Positions 62,719-64,000 of a DNA stretch of 64,000 bases are shown one piece after another. Every line of letters starts with the position of its first letter. Positions within the stretch are counted from its first letter, which is position 1. The stretch covers positions 124,001-188,000 of the forward strand of contig NMRA01000400.1 in NCBI GenBank assembly GCA_002633005.1. The letters run 5' to 3'. Source of the DNA: Phoronis australis (Eukaryota > Animalia > Phoronida). The notes under the pieces are model-generated. The model was not told the DNA's origin and did not search any database. It saw only the letters and a list, made by a program, of their open reading frames with translations. The position numbers and the translations under genes were made by a program.

Positions 62719-63527
62719 TTATCTGTAAAGAACTCTGGTTTAGGGCATTAAAGGAATGTAACTAAGATCCATTGTAAACCAATTCCTTTCCATGTATATA
62801 TTAATGTTGCTGTGGATATTTAAGATGTCAAATTCATTAAAGTTAAAACTTATGCTACATCAGTTTAGAAATCCAAAATTAGTGGGTGGGTGATAAGCAA
62901 AGCATAGGCATTTGAAATGTTTTAAGTCAGTTTGAAAAAATTGTCTAGGGTCTTGTAACTTTGACAAAAACATGAGCATTGACACTACACATTTTTAAAT
63001 CCAATATGCTATCAAAGTTGAATGAATCCTGTGGAAGTCACACAACATAAACGGTAACCCAATGTTGAGTCATAACAGAGCTTTTCAAACATAGACCAAG
63101 ATTTTTAAACTTGAACACAGGCAGCAAAAATGCTTACACAATCAACTCTGTGACAGATTTCCTAGCAGGAAAAATTAGAACGCATCCCTTTAAGAACTGA
63201 AAACGCATCAGAACCTTACCATCGTCATTTTTGTATCAGACGTGAGGAAATGGAATGCCTTCACCAATGTCGAATAAAAGGTTGGTAGCCTTGATGGCTT
63301 CATCCAATTCCACTTGTGGTCGTCTTAACCACACCTTCCACTCAGCACAAAAATTGTGCACACTCATCGTTTCACCATTTTGGTGTCACCCCGTCCCTAA
63401 GTTATATTACTAATTTTTGTAAGTTTTGATTTATTCTCTTTTTTGTCTTATCCTTGTAGACCATGTTATCAATAAGCCCTGGCTTATCATGTACATTTCA
63501 TCTTCACTAAAAGTATTTTGTTATTAT

Positions 63528-64000
63528 CAGGGCTTGGAATGACCAATGGCGAAAAACGCGGAAATTTTTATGGCCCGAAACATGCGCGCAGCCAGCCTTG
63601 AAAAAGCCGGTGTGGACCTTTTGCCGATCAACATCGAGAGGACTAAAAAAAAATAAAAACGGTACCACCTCCGGAAGCGTGCGTCTGTCTTAGCTCGTCT
63701 GCCACTCCCCCCTCCCTACATTTTTTGGCTACAGAGTCGTAGTGTTTGTCACCGCGGTTTACAATCACACGAGCCACCATTGAGGAAATCCACCATGCTA
63801 TCCCAGATGCCCCGGCAATGTTGACAATTTACGTTCCTCCGAAACATAAAGAGCAACTTCCGCTTTTCAAGGTGAAAATCGTCGGCAACGCGGCGGTAAG
63901 AAAGACATTTGCCGCGGAAATTTTATATCAAATCCGATTTTTTTTACGCGGAAAGAACAATTGAAAAAAGCGGAAATCCGCGTTTCCGCGGAAAATTCCA
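63528..64000. mobile_element. Second copy of the CAGGGCTTGGAAT MITE, cut by the window edge inside its right TIR
   Basis: Colinear with 56728-57245 along its length; the window ends ...AAAATTCCA. Confidence 0.9.

Noticed and set aside
63215-63390. Next upstream exon of the MFS gene (donor ATG|GTAAGG near 63219)
   Set aside because: The required phase-0 frame gives no MFS-like TM2-3 sequence.

Overview
Eukaryotic (animal, probably marine invertebrate) genomic scaffold, AT-rich, with one 474-nt N gap. Two protein-coding genes are supported, both on the minus strand. (1) Fezf/earmuff orthologue: 2 coding exons, 494 aa, eh1 motif plus six C2H2 fingers, lying in a gene-poor region with no other intact CDS found from 1 to about 54.5 kb. 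(2) The last 10 exons (334 aa) of a GlpT/SLC37A-type MFS transporter whose 5' end is outside the window. The rest is repeat-rich: six TIR elements with exact 5-bp TSDs and a family with a 6-bp TSD (hAT5/hAT6-like MITEs) that carry each other's ends nested inside them, TA-flanked Tc1/mariner-pogo MITEs, tRNA-derived SINEs, LINE 3' remnants, a decayed P2X7-like/KolX-type ORF, a possible P-element excision footprint, a diverged ~160-bp higher-order array next to Fezf, and long trinucleotide microsatellites. No CRISPR, rRNA or intact tRNA was seen. Nothing here is demonstrably a new biological system; the nested MITE module is the most unusual structure. All alignments were done by eye and family assignments come from recalled consensus features, not database searches.
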